Positions 1 to 13,139 of a stretch of DNA of 64,000 nt are shown in pieces; position 1 is the stretch's first letter, and each line of letters opens with the position of its first letter. A program made the position numbers and the translations under genes. Source of the stretch: Eledone cirrhosa. Taxonomy: Eukaryota. The notes under the pieces are model-generated. The model was given only the letters and a program-made list of their open reading frames with translations. It searched no databases and was not told the origin of the DNA. The stretch lies in NCBI GenBank assembly GCA_964016885.1, contig OZ024742.1:111600001-111664000 (forward strand). The letters run 5' to 3'.

Positions 1-99
1 TACACACGCGCTGTGGTTACGTGTTGTAGGGGTAGGTATATATATATAAAATTCTAAAGTTTGTCTTAAGCCAGAAGGCTCATCAAGACTCCCTGTTGA

Positions 100-720
100 T
101 TTTCATTCCAATTAATTATAAATTTCCGGTTGGTTGTTTCAATTATGTCCATTACTCTTTCTGCTATGCTACGGGTTGTTTCAACTACGTATGTAGTGTT
201 CTTATTTTTGCACTTTCCCTCAGTACATCTTATACTATATACTACCTTCCTAGTCTTGCAGTTTGTGGGCTAAATGTGCAGACTATGCATTTCCTATCAG
301 TGAAGAGCGCGTTTTGAAACGGATATATTCTACTAATTGTGGAATTTATTAGAATACCTTGTCTTTCAAACATCTTAATATTTAAATATTTGCTTTTCTA
401 GAGCCCTTCTAAATCTGTAAGCTAGTTCGACTCTGTGATTTGCATTGACGAACATTACCCTCTGATATCCAATGCTACCATACCATGAGTTGATTTTATT
501 AGTCCTTTTCTTAATGCTTTCTATTGTACTCCACAAATTGCTCCTATACATGGGGTAAGTCCCATTTTCATAATTTTCTACAATCTTTGCCCAGTTGATC
601 CTGGCTCCTTTATATACACTCATCTTGTCTATCTGAGTGTAGCGAGAGGGCTGTATGCGGTGGATGAAGTGTTGTATGTGTCTCTATAATTCTTTAGAAT
701 TGCACATGCGGGACACATTC
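100..720 (-). mobile_element. Degenerate Penelope-like element fragment (RT C-terminal linker + GIY-YIG remnant)
   Basis: ORF 375-623 (YPMYRSNLW...NSWYGSIGYQRVMFV) resembles the PLE post-RT linker. Downstream on the minus strand it reads RCTEGKCKNKNTTYVVETTRSIAERV, like the GIY-YIG 'YVGETxR' motif. Stops and frameshifts are present. Confidence 0.5.
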
Positions 721-1047
721 CTCATCACTAAATCCACAATCAGTATGTTGACTTTTATGTTATTCGAAACGGCTCAGTTACGGTGGATCAGGTGCTTGGA
801 GCTCATGGGTTTTGCATTAAGTAAACAAGGAATACGTCACAGGCGTAAAGTAAATGGTACTTGTTTGTTGTTTATATTCTTTTTCTCTGCCCTTTGTTTC
901 TACCTGTGTACTAACAAAATAGTGTTGCTATCACAGAAATAAATTGTCTGATGAGTCAAAACATCGAGTAAAAGGACTATAACCTTTTAGAAACAATAAA
1001 TCCATTTCAGAATGATAAGTACTATGACATTTCATTCCATTCTTCTT

Positions 1048-1051
<4 letters not shown>

Positions 1052-1146
<95 letters not shown>

Positions 1147-1173
1147 CTCTCTCTCTTTCTCTTTCTCTCTCTC
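1052..1173. repeat. (TC)n microsatellite
   Basis: Direct inspection. Confidence 0.95.
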
Positions 1174-2211
1174 TAACTCCCTTTCACTTATTTCCTCTAA
1201 CAATACACCTGTTAGAAAAAGTAACATCTCCTAAACAAAATTTTCCTATTAGGAAAAAACAACACGTTTATTAGTATGGACATTGCGACACTCAATCTGG
1301 GTAAAATATAGTGGCTGGAATTATTTTCCTGGATTAATACTGGATTAATTTTGCTGGAATTATAATGCTGGATTGTAGAAAAATATCGATAGCAAACAAA
1401 AGTAAAATACATCTAAATAAAGAGTGCAAAAAATCATAGGCGTTGCTAGACAATTTTTTAATTTTCCTGGGATATTGTATAAAATAATCCAATATATCCA
1501 GATGACTATGTTCTTATTTTCATTTGCATGAAACTAATATATTCAATTTACGTAACTAGAAGTCTTGTTTCATGACATTATGAAATGCAAATAACTAAAA
1601 AAAATACTGAGAAAAATTTGTAATATAAATAATTATTCACATCATGATAGATTAAATATTTCTGTATTCCTTTGCAATACGAAACAGATTTAGTTGTTTG
1701 AATATCGTTAAAGTATTAGTAGAACAATCCATCAAAATGAAGCTTTATGTTTGTCACACAAAGAACTAATCTTCGCGAAAAATAATCACAAAACAGAAAT
1801 TGTTACTGCATCATATATGTTTACCGTTATTAAAATAGCAAAACAAGATTATATTTATGGTCTTCTAACGAGTTTATAAAATATTTCGAAAAGCTATTTT
1901 TATTTTGTGGTATGTGTTAAATTGAAAACTAGTATCAATGGATCTATGTTAGTTTAGTATTTATCATACAGTATTTTATGAAAAAATTGTTCTGTGTTGC
2001 ATTTAGAATTTATGGTGTACGTCAAAATGATATGGCATATATCAGAATGTAACGAAAGTTCTATTCATTTAAAAAAAAAGTTTATCTCGAGTTAGATTTA
2101 AAGGTATCTAACTACTCAATTATATTTGGAATATGCTAAAATAGCTAACAAGTCTCATTTTCATTCAGAATTTGTGAAATGTATCTTTATTCAAGCGGCT
2201 GTTTTGGCGCC

Positions 2212-3100
2212 ATGTTCACTTCAAGTAAAGAGCGCATTTGTCATAATATTCATTATGAATTTCAATAATGTAATAGTGCAAGAGCAGCAGTAACATCACT
2301 CCAAAACACTTATGAAGACGGTATAGTGATTGAAAGAACATGAAGGAGATAGTATTTATGATTCAAAAACAGCAACTACAACTTGCAGGATCATTCAAGA
2401 GAGGGATTCAAAAGGACTGGGTTCTGAAGCATTTAAAGCTGTTGCTGATGAAAGGCAAACCATAAGAGTTCGAAGACTAAGCACGGACGTCAATAAGGGT
2501 CATACTACAATTCACCGCGAAGTGATGATTGGTACATTGTCAAGGTTCGGAAAATTGAGTCCGCTTATCTCCTTGCCAACAAACACAAACGATGTGTTGA
2601 TTGCTGTATATCATTCCGTTCACGTGAACTGCCAATGCCTATTTTCAACAGAGTGATTACTGTAAATGAAAAATGGATACTTTACTATAATGTAAAATAA
2701 GGGGTCAAATAAGAACCAGAACAGAGCCCAGATGTGGCCTGCGTCAAAGATGATGACTGTAGAGAGGTATGCTTAGAATTAAACATCACGTGCTGCTAGG
2801 CAATAATCAAACAATAACAGCCGACGTCGAATGCCAGGGACTAAGACGGTTAAAAGCAGCTTTGCAGCAAAAACGCACGTCAACAACAATCAGTAAAGTA
2901 GTTATCCTTCATCCTGATAAAGCTAGACATTACATAAAACACAGGACCAAATATATCATAACAAATTATGCCTGAGAAAATGTGCTTCCCGGACCTCGCA
3001 CCAACAGATTCTCTTCTCTTTAGAAATTTGCAAAATCATTAGGGTGGATTAAGACTTACTTCAAGAGAAGTCTGACATGAGTTAGGCTCCATTTTTTATT
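2212..3100 (+). pseudogene. Mariner-family transposase pseudogene
   Basis: Broken frames give HNIHYEFQ..SARAA (N-term HTH), VITVNEKWILYYNVK (cf. TGDEKW), NQTITADV..LRRLKAALQQKR, VILHPDKARH (cf. HDNARPH) and PDLAPTD..LFR (cf. YSPDLAPSDY). Confidence 0.85.
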
Positions 3101-3106
3101 CAAATC

Positions 3107-3885
3107 CTACTTCTTTGCCCACTCCTTCCAGTGGGTCATATCAGAAGCAAATGTCGCCTGCTTTAGTGGAAATCCAGTCACATATAGAGTGCACTGCTTA
3201 AGCTTCATAAAAAGGACGACTGTCTCAGTTGTTGAAGTACTGACTTTCATTCCAGCCATCCAGCAATAAGCCTCATACCTACGAAGTATAAGCCGGAGAC
3301 CGCCTTCTATCGAGTTAAGTGACAACATGTCGTCTGCGAACTCCAGCTGACTGATTTTACACCTGCCAGTTGTGATACCACTTCCAACCCGACTGCGCAT
3401 GTCAATCCTGTTCAGGCAAATAATGAACTGGGGAGGGGACTTTACGCGCCATTCGTGGAGTCTACTACCACATTGAACTGTTTCGTCTTAACACCATTTA
3501 TCCAAACACAAATACTCCGGCATTCGTATCACGACATGAGGGCACCAAGATGCTGACGATCGATCCCATGTTCCTGCACAACCTTGTACAGTAGGTCCCA
3601 AGGAAGGAGGTCATATGCCTTCTCAATGTCAACAAAACAAGAATATACTTCTTGACAATACTCCCACGATTTTTCGAAGACCTGCCGCTGCGTCCGGGGC
3701 GAAAACCGCATTTATCATTAGCTAGCTTTGATTCGTTTATCTTCATCTTTTTGACATCCACTTAGCATAAACTTTACCGGGGAGGATTACGAAGGGATTC
3801 CCTCTGTAATTGGATATCTTATCTCCATTTTTGTAAATTGCGATTATCACTCGCGATTGCCATTGCTTTGGTATGGGTCCTAGAT
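3107..3885 (-). mobile_element. RTE-clade LINE reverse transcriptase fragment
   Basis: Motifs across frames: CGFRPGRS, SCFVDIEKAYD, LEFADDM, GMKVSTSTTETVV. It interrupts the mariner remnant. Confidence 0.85.
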
Positions 3886-3960
3886 CACATTCACCGGGTA
3901 CAAGCAAGACAGCCAGAGAATAATATCTTTCTTTCTCCCTCCTCTCTCTGCCATCTCTTT

Positions 3961-4194
<234 letters not shown>

Positions 4195-4381
4195 ATCATT
4201 CAAATAGTTCATTAGGACATATAGTTTAAAAACAACAATACGCACTTCAATCATAAATGAAAAAATCTGAGTATTTCATGTAGTAACTAAACCTAATATC
4301 AACTAAGAAATACCATGCCAATTTAGAAAGATATGGAAACAACTCCGGATTTGCCACAACATATATATATATATATATATA

Positions 4382-4771
4382 TAGGAACCAGTAAGACCCC
4401 GACAGCTGAGCTCAAGCCGTTTCTACGGCTAATTCTGTTTCGGTGGGATTGGGATGTTCTTGGTAGAGAAGTCAATGTTGTGTTTTCGCATGGTGCGGGT
4501 GAAATGAATTGAGCTTAGCGGAAAAGTCTGGATACGGCGTGGTAGGGTCGGAAAGTGCTCTACTACGGGAGTAGGAGCTAGATAACGAAGGAAATGTGGT
4601 AAGGAACCGGGTGGACCATAACGCACCAAAGTACTCAATACTTGAGGTAGTAGAGTGGGTAATAGGAACCAGTAAGACCCCGACAGCTGAGCTCAAGCCG
4701 TTTCTACTACCTCAAGTATTGAGTACTTTGGTGCGTTATGGTCCACCTGGTTCCTTACCACATTTCCTTCG

Positions 4772-4775
<4 letters not shown>
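4382..4775. mobile_element. Rearranged PLE 5' terminal fragment inserted in (TA)n
   Basis: Direct repeat 4382-4424/4662-4705 and inverted repeat 4581-4653/4703-4775. The minus strand reads MRKHNIDFSTKNIPIPPKQN, like the 'STKNIPIP' N-terminus of some PLE ORFs. (TA)n lies on both sides. Confidence 0.55.
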
Positions 4776-4819
<44 letters not shown>

Positions 4820-4897
4820 GTTGCTAGGAATAATTATTCTTTTTACTTAAAGAAGTTTATCTTGCTCTATAATATCCATTGTCTTTGAGTCTTTAAA

Positions 4898-5085
4898 ATA
4901 ATTATTTCTACTTTTGGCACAAGGCCAGCAATTATCCCAGTGCATTACTGGTACTTTAGTTCATCGACTCCGTAAAGATGAAAGGCAAAGTTAACCTTGG
5001 CGGGATTTGAACTCAGACCATAAATGACCGTAACTCTTTGCTGCAAAGCATAGCGTCCGACCATCTACTGATACTGCAATAATAT
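4898..5085 (-). mobile_element. tRNA-derived SINE (same family as 9763-9950)
   Basis: Reverse complement contains B-box-like ctgagttcaaatcccgcc and the core aactttgcctttcatc...gtcgat..aaagtaccagtaatgcactggg...gctggccttgtgcc. Confidence 0.85.
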
Positions 5086-5324
5086 GACATTGTTAGAGTA
5101 AGATTTAGCATTGTCTTGTACGTTATTCAATTATTTTGTTGTGATCTTCTTGTAAGTATTGTAATAGGTTGAAAGGAAATACCTGTCCATTTTTGAAGGC
5201 TCAATAAAACAATAAAAATATAATATTAGATTTAATTAATTGTTAAGGAAGTTATCATTATCCTGTATGATCTCCAACAATCAGTCAAACATATTTTTAA
5301 TGATATGTTCATAAGTTTATTTTA

Positions 5325-5956
5325 GTTTTGAAAACTAAGACAATTGTACTCTCAGTAAGCATGCGATATGCCCTCTATATGACTGGTATTCCACTGATTC
5401 AGGTGGAGAAGTTCATGTATCTTGGGCTTGTTTTCAAGAGTGATGGAAGGCAGGAGACTGAATTAAGATCAAGAATTGCAAGAGCTGGTGCAGTAATGTG
5501 GCAGGTTCAGCATTCGTTAATCAGAAGAAGAGAGGTAGGTGTAAAATCCAAACTCGCTATCTTCTATTCGGTATTCGTGCAATGACCGAAAGAATACGAT
5601 CGTGTATACAAACGGCCTAAATGGGGTTCCTCCGGTGGGTGCTGGAGTAACTTACTCGTTAGAGAGCGTAGATCAGAGATACGAGATTTACTCCAGGTAG
5701 AGTAGATCTTCTACCAATTAAAAGATCACAGCACCGATACTATGCGCATATGGTTAGAATGTCTCAAGAAAGAATCGCTAAACAAATGTTACGGGCAAAC
5801 CCAAATGACAGGAGATCCAGAGATAGACCGCGATGGAAAATGGTTGCATAACGTCCGTGTGCTTCGATGTTCTCGCTTGGGGATCTATTTGGATGAGTTG
5901 GAGGTCGGTGCTTCTGAGAGGACCCGTGAAAAGGAGTGTTGGGGACTTTGCCCACA

Positions 5957-6019
<63 letters not shown>

Positions 6020-6057
6020 AAGAAGAAGAAGAAGAAGAAGAAGAAGAAGAAGAAGAA
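5325..6057 (+). mobile_element. RTE-clade LINE 3' fragment with (TC)n(GAA)n tail
   Basis: QVEKFMYLGLVFKSDGRQETELRSRIARAGAVM...KLAIFYSVFV is a typical RTE RT C-terminus. It is followed by simple repeats. Confidence 0.8.
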
Positions 6058-6714
6058 ACATTATTTTTATATGAAACCAATATTGGTATATTTTTTACCC
6101 ATGTTTTCTGCATAAGACAATGGAATGGAATAACGTGTAAGCAAGGCAGTATTATTACATATATATTCAGCCGAACATTAAAAAATATAAGTGGCTTCAA
6201 AACACATTTTATTAAATATATAAATATATTTATAAGTAGAAGGGATATTTAATTTGTTGGAAATCCAACAAATATAAATGTTTATAACTGATTCAGAGCA
6301 CTCGACAAGTTTCTGGAGTAAATATTCAATGATATTAAATAAATGGAAACTATATTTATAAAACCATATTTATTATATTATATATATTTCAAGGGTACCA
6401 AAAAACTTTCGTACGCTTTCATCAGATAAAATACAAAAAGTGTTTTATAAATGTTGACAAAGCCAAAGAAAATCATACATTATCAGTTGAATATACCCTG
6501 CGTAGTGAGAATATAGAACGGATTTTTCAAACTTATGGATGAATATGCAAATGAATATGTAAATAATTGAAAAAACCGTTATTTTAAACGCTATGGAAAG
6601 TTTAGATATATAATAATAATAAGAAGGAAACAAGTAGGAAAACAGAAAAGGAAAGAGAAAGGAAAACCACATATAGCGTTAATTTGGGCGAAATATCTTC
6701 GAACATTTATCTAT

Positions 6715-6750
6715 GTATATATTTATATTGTAGTGGATTAAATGTATATA

Positions 6751-6790
<40 letters not shown>

Positions 6791-8368
6791 AATAGCATAC
6801 GTATTTTTATTAAAAGGATAATTTACAATTATTATTTGTTTATAATATGAGTTACGGGGGAAGTTAATTTTGTCTTTTAAGTAGATACATAAACAAATAA
6901 ATAAATAAATAAATAGGTAGTTCATGTTTTAGGTGGTTGTTCTAATATGAGTTACGAGGGAAGTTTATTTTGTATTTTATGTAAATAAATATGTAATAAA
7001 AATTGAGAATGATTTAAAATTAAATTAACGGAGTTAAGTATAATATTTATATGATTGAAAAGGAAAGATAACTCCGATTCTATTTGTTAATCGTTAGTAT
7101 GATATTACTTAATTATTTAGTCGAAAGAAATATGGATGTATAGGATACGTTTTGCTAGAATCAGTTAATGGTTATTAATCTACGTTTACAGAATAACTTT
7201 AGAGGGTGTCATTTTACTTAATAAAGAATTAAGGGATTAAGAAATTAAAAAATTTTAAAAAATTGAAAAATTAATAAAATTTAAAATTAAAAAGTTAAGA
7301 TTAAAAAAAATTAAGAATAAAAAAAAAAATTAAAATTAAAATTACAATTAAAATTTAAAAATTAGAATTATATACGTATATATTATAAGCAATTTTTAAA
7401 AAAAATGGAAGTACTACAAATATTAGAGATGTGATTTAGAGATATCAATATATTAAAAATAAATTGTTAAATCAGATAGGATCGTTTTGGAGATTAATAG
7501 GAATATTATAAGTATATTATAAGTTACACATCGTTCTGAATGTCGAATTCTGGCGATTTCTACAAGAACTGAATAATTCTGTTCCGAGATTAATAGAGTT
7601 TTGACAGTTAATTATATAAAAAAAATTTTAAATACACAATTTACAGAATCTTGATAAAGCCGTGTTTCGGTATGCAGGTGATTCCGAAATTGTATTGCAA
7701 GATATTGAATAGTCTAAATTCTTGCTTTTTAAGTTCCATATAAGATGTGAAACGGAAGTGGAAGATTTTTTATCGGATCTTTTAAAAGAGTGATTGAGGT
7801 TATTACAGCGAAGTTTAAATTCTGTAGAAGTGGCACCGACTTAGTTAAATTTATTTTCACTAGTTTTAACTGCGTTAAATTTTTTTAATCTCTTAATCTC
7901 TAAATTCTTTATTAAGTAAAATGACACCCTCTAAACGTAGATTAATAACCATTAACTGATTCTAGCAAAATGTATCCTAAAGATCCATATTTCTTTCGAC
8001 TAAAAAATTAAGTAATCTCACACTAACGATTAACAAATAAAATCGGAGTTATCTTTCCTTTTCAATCATATAAATATTATACTTAACTCCGTTAATTTAA
8101 TTTTAAAACATTCTCAATTTTAATTACATATTTATTTACATAAAATACAAAATCAAATTCCCTCGTAACTCATATTAGAACAACCACCTAAAACATGTAC
8201 TACCTATTTATTTATTTATTTGTTTATTTACTTATCTACTTAAAACACAAAATCAAATTCCTCCGTAACTCATATTATAAAAACTAATAATTGTAACTTA
8301 TCCTTTTAATAAAAATACATATGCTATTAAAATATATATAGATATGTATATTTAACCCACTACAATAT
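6715..8368 (-). mobile_element. 5'-truncated PLE (GIY-YIG C-terminus) with inverted terminal repeat arms
   Basis: Minus strand ~7850-7540 reads VGATSTEFKLRCNNLNHSF..STSVSHLIWNLKSKNLDYSI..FCKLC..NLGTELFSSCR. Arms ~6715-7260 and ~7878-8368 are reverse complements. Confidence 0.75.
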
Positions 8369-8371
8369 AAA

Positions 8372-8738
8372 TATAAATATAAGTATGTATATACAGACGT
8401 ACAGTAGTATGTATATATATATACATACATGCACATATTATATATATATCATTTATTATAATGCTCGGTGTTTGTAAACAAACATCCCGTATTAAACCGT
8501 AGTGTCTAGCAACCACCGTTGGTCGTTTGTTCAACACTGACAAAGGAACGCTGTACTAGTTCAAGCTTGTTAGCTATCGTCAGCAACGTATACCTTCCTG
8601 CCAGATAGTTGAACGTCCGAAAGTATATAATTTCCTTATGCATATTAACGGCTGAGTAGCCCAATTTGCATATCGAGTGGGTTAATCGGCCCGGTGCACC
8701 GAAAACTATAAACGGAAAAAATGAAACGAAATTTCAAA
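8372..8738 (-). mobile_element. ~470-bp hammerhead repeat family (retrozyme-like), copy 1 (partial)
   Basis: Homologous to 44034-44577 and 57441-58510. Contains a hammerhead at 8548-8589 and an octamer at 8664-8671. Confidence 0.8.
8548..8589 (-). ncRNA. Minimal type I hammerhead ribozyme (one A missing from GAAA)
   Basis: RC: acgttg CTGACGA tagctaacaagctt GAA ctag TA cagcgt. Stem I pairs with compensatory changes. Confidence 0.65.
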
Positions 8739-8960
8739 TGTTCAAAATTTATAAAACAAACTTTGTATGTTATCTGATGAAAGCGTACCAAAGTTTTTTG
8801 GTACCCTTGAAATATATGTAAATATAGTTTCCACTTGTTTAATATCATTAAATATATATATATGTTTATGCAAAAGGCAAGCATAATTAACAAAGGAAAC
8901 GATACATTACAACGAAGAAGCATATTATTATATTTACGCCCGATATAATAGGAAAGGCGC

Positions 8961-8994
8961 CTTAACATTTCGTACGCTAGCCCTTCATCAGAAG
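8961..8994 (-). ncRNA. PLE-type minimal hammerhead motif (degenerate)
   Basis: RC: ctt CTGATGA agggctagcgtac GAAA tgt TA ag. The core is intact but stems II and III are imperfect. Confidence 0.5.
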
Positions 8995-9762
8995 ATAGAC
9001 TGATAAATTTAAGGAGAAATAGGAACATAGTGGGGACTGAACTGCGTCCAGGACCTCTAGCCGATAATGTTGGACAATGATATTGCGGCCCGAGTTGAAA
9101 CCGGCTAAGAAGAAGAATATTTAACACATAGGCATCTTCAAATAAGTAATTCTATGATAATAATCAGATTTTCAAACATGTTTTACAAGTCTACAAATAC
9201 ATATTCCATCAATCTGGTGATCATTGATATCCCTCTTATATCCCTTATATATCCCTCATATAAAAGTATGCATACATTTGTCAAGAAGTATCAAGAAGCA
9301 TCGTTTTGGTGAAGTGGATATCATATTTTCCGTTGATACTGTCATTTAACTGTCATTTACAAAACGGATAGATTCATGACGCTCCCTTACCGGCTTTCCA
9401 TTCTTTGCGGTTAACAGCACAGTTAATCAATGTTGACTAGTCGTATACTTTTCTGACTGCTAATGTATCTGCCAGTTGCAACATCCACACGCTGTAAGAA
9501 TTGTGAATATTTTTAATCAAACTTTATAGATGGTCATCTTGTATGCAAATTGTCACCTCCATTGTCTTGTTTTATCTCAATCATGTTATCCACGCCCTCT
9601 ATGGAGAAACATTATAGATCAAATGCCATGATTACCATCTTAATTTAACATCAATAGCTACATGAACATTCGCGGAAGCATTGATATTAATGTTTAGACC
9701 ACACAAATCTGATTTTCAAGTAAATAACCTCACCCATTATTTCATTATTTCCTCTCATAATG

Positions 9763-9950
9763 TGGGTGGATTGGCAGTATCGGTGGAGGGTCGGACGCCA
9801 TGCTTTCCAGCATAGTTATGTCTCTTTACGATCTGAGTTCAAATCCCGCCGAGGTTGACTTTGCCTTTCATCCTTACGGGGTCGATCAAATAAAGTACCA
9901 GTAATGCACTGGGTTTGTGCTGGCCTTGTGCCTAAATTCGAAACAATTAT
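9763..9950 (+). mobile_element. tRNA-derived SINE, near full length
   Basis: A-box-like ggattggcagtatcgg and B-box gagttcaaatcc, then the core gactttgcctttcatccttacggggtcgat, which resembles the conserved central domain of MetaSINE/Sauria-type SINEs. At least 8 related copies occur in the window. Confidence 0.85.
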
Positions 9951-10240
9951 TTCTTCTCATATTTTCAACTTTATTTGCACACGTGCATCACCATGCTGAT
10001 GTTTACTTTCATTTATGTGGATGGTTGCCGCATCAAGACTGTTTCTTTTTATTAATTTTTGAGAATAATCTCTAAGTCGCTCACCCAGTTATCTTCCAAT
10101 TCATGCTGTAGGCACAGCATACATCAGCATTTGAATTACATTAAATAACCCGATATACACAATTATGCAGACACACACGTACTCATGTACACGGCCACAT
10201 ATATAAACATAGAGGAGTAAACATGGGCGCATAAACCTCC

Positions 10241-10309
10241 ACAGACACACACGCACACACACCCAGACACAGACAGACACAGACAGACACAGACAGACAC
10301 AGACAGACA

Positions 10310-10387
<78 letters not shown>
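10241..10387. repeat. (CA)n/(CAGA)n microsatellite
   Basis: Direct inspection. Confidence 0.95.
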
Positions 10388-10390
<3 letters not shown>

Positions 10391-12071
10391 GTACTACAGA
10401 ATTCAAATGTATTTTTAATGCTGTGAATGTCAGAATATACTTGACTTTCCTATTTTATGTTCATATTAATGCTAGGCACATTTACGCAAGCGTTTGGGGG
10501 TCATTCCTACGATGGCAAAATATATTTAAGGTAGTCAAAACCATAAGAAAAAATTCAAATAAAACAGAATGCAAATAAATAAATAAATAAAATAAAATAA
10601 CCATATGGAAATGAATATTTAATGCAAACTAATACAATTTGCACACAACCACAAATGCAAAATTGTAATTTAGTGGGACAGCTTGAATAGAAGCAAAAAC
10701 AAAATATCGCACAAACAAAAAAATGTGCAACGTATTTCATAAAAAATACCTGTATTTTAATGCAAAAACAGATGAAAATTAAAATTTATGATGACAACAA
10801 CACAGGGCTAAAAGGAAAAATAAGTCTTAGCCACATTGCAACTAATTTTAAAATACATTATGACAATGTTATCGAAAAGTAAATTTATGATTAGCCATCA
10901 CCACTGCTGAATATAGTTGAAAATGTCATAAAATTTCTCAAATTATTCACCTACTGAAATACCTAACTCATTCAGACTTGTAACCGGAGAAATGACAATA
11001 TTGATACAGACATCAGTTAAAATTTAAATACCAATTATTACCATACATAAATATTACCACTTTTTGCATGGTTGCTTGGTTAATTCGTATCCAGGTTTTT
11101 CTGAGTTCGGTCACGGCTCGCAGTAACCATAGCTTTGGGTGAAATCTTAATTTTGAGTGAAATTCCTAAATTATCTGCAACACTGTGAAGTAATCGAGTA
11201 ATTTCTTAATTAATATCTATGCCACACAGCTGGATGTTCCTCAGGTCCGTCGCAGAAGAATATATTTATCAATCCCCACTGAGCTTGTGTTTATTTCTTT
11301 TTAATTTTATTTTAAAATCCGATTAATAAATTCGTAAATCTTATAAGCATACGGTCACGTTGGCTTAGGTTATTATTGGAAGATTAAAATATAATATATT
11401 TTTCGCCAAGATAGGTGTCAACCAGGATAAAAATTGAGGCGAGAGTGAGTCCAAAACTACGCTACAAGAGAAACTATTTCTACTAAGGTCAGTGATGGAC
11501 ATATCATTGAGTAACACCTTATGTTGTCGTTTGGTTGTTCATATGCCCTAAAGCCTACAATTTACCAAAATGATACTTATTACGGTGTATGAAAAACAGG
11601 TTGAACTATAAATTACGAGAAGATTGCTGACAAATATCAAGGACGAATTAAACTAAGAGTGAAAAATATTAATATATAGAATATATCGATGCTCTGTCTG
11701 ATTTGCGAATGCTTATGTTAGTAGGATTACTAACAATTCTGCAAAGTCACGAATTAGTATGAATATGGAAGGAAATGCAACATGCGTATGATTTAATCTA
11801 TTTGCAGAATTAGTCTACACGATAAATGCCCTTTAAATTACAAATAAATTCCATCCGATTTGCCACTTCACCATTGTCATCGCAAACTGCAGGCAATGTA
11901 ATCCAACCCAGGACCCAATGAAGATAAAACGAATTTCTCTATATGTATATACCTTCTCTATATGTATATACACACGCATATTTGTAGCATGCATGTGGCT
12001 GTATTTCCAAGACAGAACTAATATACATATATGCACATATGAAGTTGCGTGTGTACTTCTGCATGCATTGG

Positions 12072-13045
12072 AATTATAGGGAATTAATGTGAGTCTTTAA
12101 TTCCGTTCTTTTTTATTCGATATATTGGCTCCTAATTCAATTCCATATGTAAGTAGAGCTTCTTAAGTTGAATGGTTCTAAGCTGCTGTTTTTAGCGGTC
12201 GTTTGGTATTTTCACACCACAATGGGCTATAAAACGCACATGACATTTCTTTATATCATGCGTGTTTTCTGAGGTATCTATTTTTAGAAGTGCCGGTTGT
12301 ATTGTTAGACATCCGCCGATGAACCTTCTACAACTGTATGCTTCACTTTTTGTGACAAAACATACTCAAATTTGAGCATGTCTGGGTGTTATAGTTAGTA
12401 TTGGATGGTTAGTACACTTTAATTTATTCTTTTAATTGATTTGGAGACACCTTTCCTTTCGTAGACAATATGCTCATCACTCAGATTGTTTTTGATCCTC
12501 TATGATTGAACACATTTCTCTATGTGTAGTGCTCTCTATATGTTGATTTATAAAGTGCCCAGAATTTATTCCTTGAGCTTTTAGGAGAGATGGTCACCAA
12601 TTTTAGAAGGCTGCGTTGTTTTACGATTTAGAGGGCAGTTCGTTTCCCTAGCTTGGCTGCTAGACATCTCTTCTATTTGTTGTTAGGTGTAGGTAAACAA
12701 TTAAGCAAAAAGAACATACATGAGCATTTTAATCAGAGCAATAAACAAAACAGGTTATCATATCAGTTGCTACTTGATTGGTAATTCGTAATTATCATTA
12801 AGTGGCGATGTTCAAATATCCCGTGACCGCATGGTGTGATGTCGCTGTTTCGTCACCGTGAAACGCGTCTGCTCGCATCAACACACCAAGTTGATATTTG
12901 TGTATTCAGCTACTGACGTCAGAACGTGACGTCAGAAGTAAGGGCAGTTAATCGACTGCCTCCAAAGTCAAAGCTATGTGGCGTGATCTTCTACAAGCAC
13001 ATTAAATTATAGGGGTTACTGTGAGTCTTTAACTCCGTTTTTATA
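12072..13045 (-). mobile_element. Highly degenerate PLE-like remnant with terminal direct repeat
   Basis: Direct repeat aattatagg..tgtgagtctttaa.tccgtt at 12072-12110 and 13005-13040. Minus strand ~12215-12170 reads ENTKRPLKT (GIY-YIG 'GETKRPLKTR'-like). Confidence 0.35.
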
Positions 13046-13051
13046 GTTGTA

Positions 13052-13139
<88 letters not shown>

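Larger units (their letters stand above)
6328..8850. repeat. Outer inverted repeat pair (6328-6458 / 8741-8850) with hammerhead-like core CTGATGA-aagcgtac-GAAA
   Basis: gggtaccaaaaaactttcgtacgctttcatcagataa (~6393) is the reverse complement of ttatctgatgaaagcgtaccaaagttttttggtaccc (~8770). Confidence 0.75.

Noticed and set aside
943-1000. Hammerhead at ttgtCTGATGAgtc...gaaacaataaa
   Set aside because: The core 5' half is present, but GAAA and the stems cannot be placed in register; at most a decayed remnant.
9763-9860. tRNA gene
   Set aside because: A/B-box-like motifs belong to a SINE head; no cloverleaf could be formed.
12830-12872. GAAACGCGTC hammerhead-like 3' half
   Set aside because: No CTGANGA upstream of the candidate stem II.
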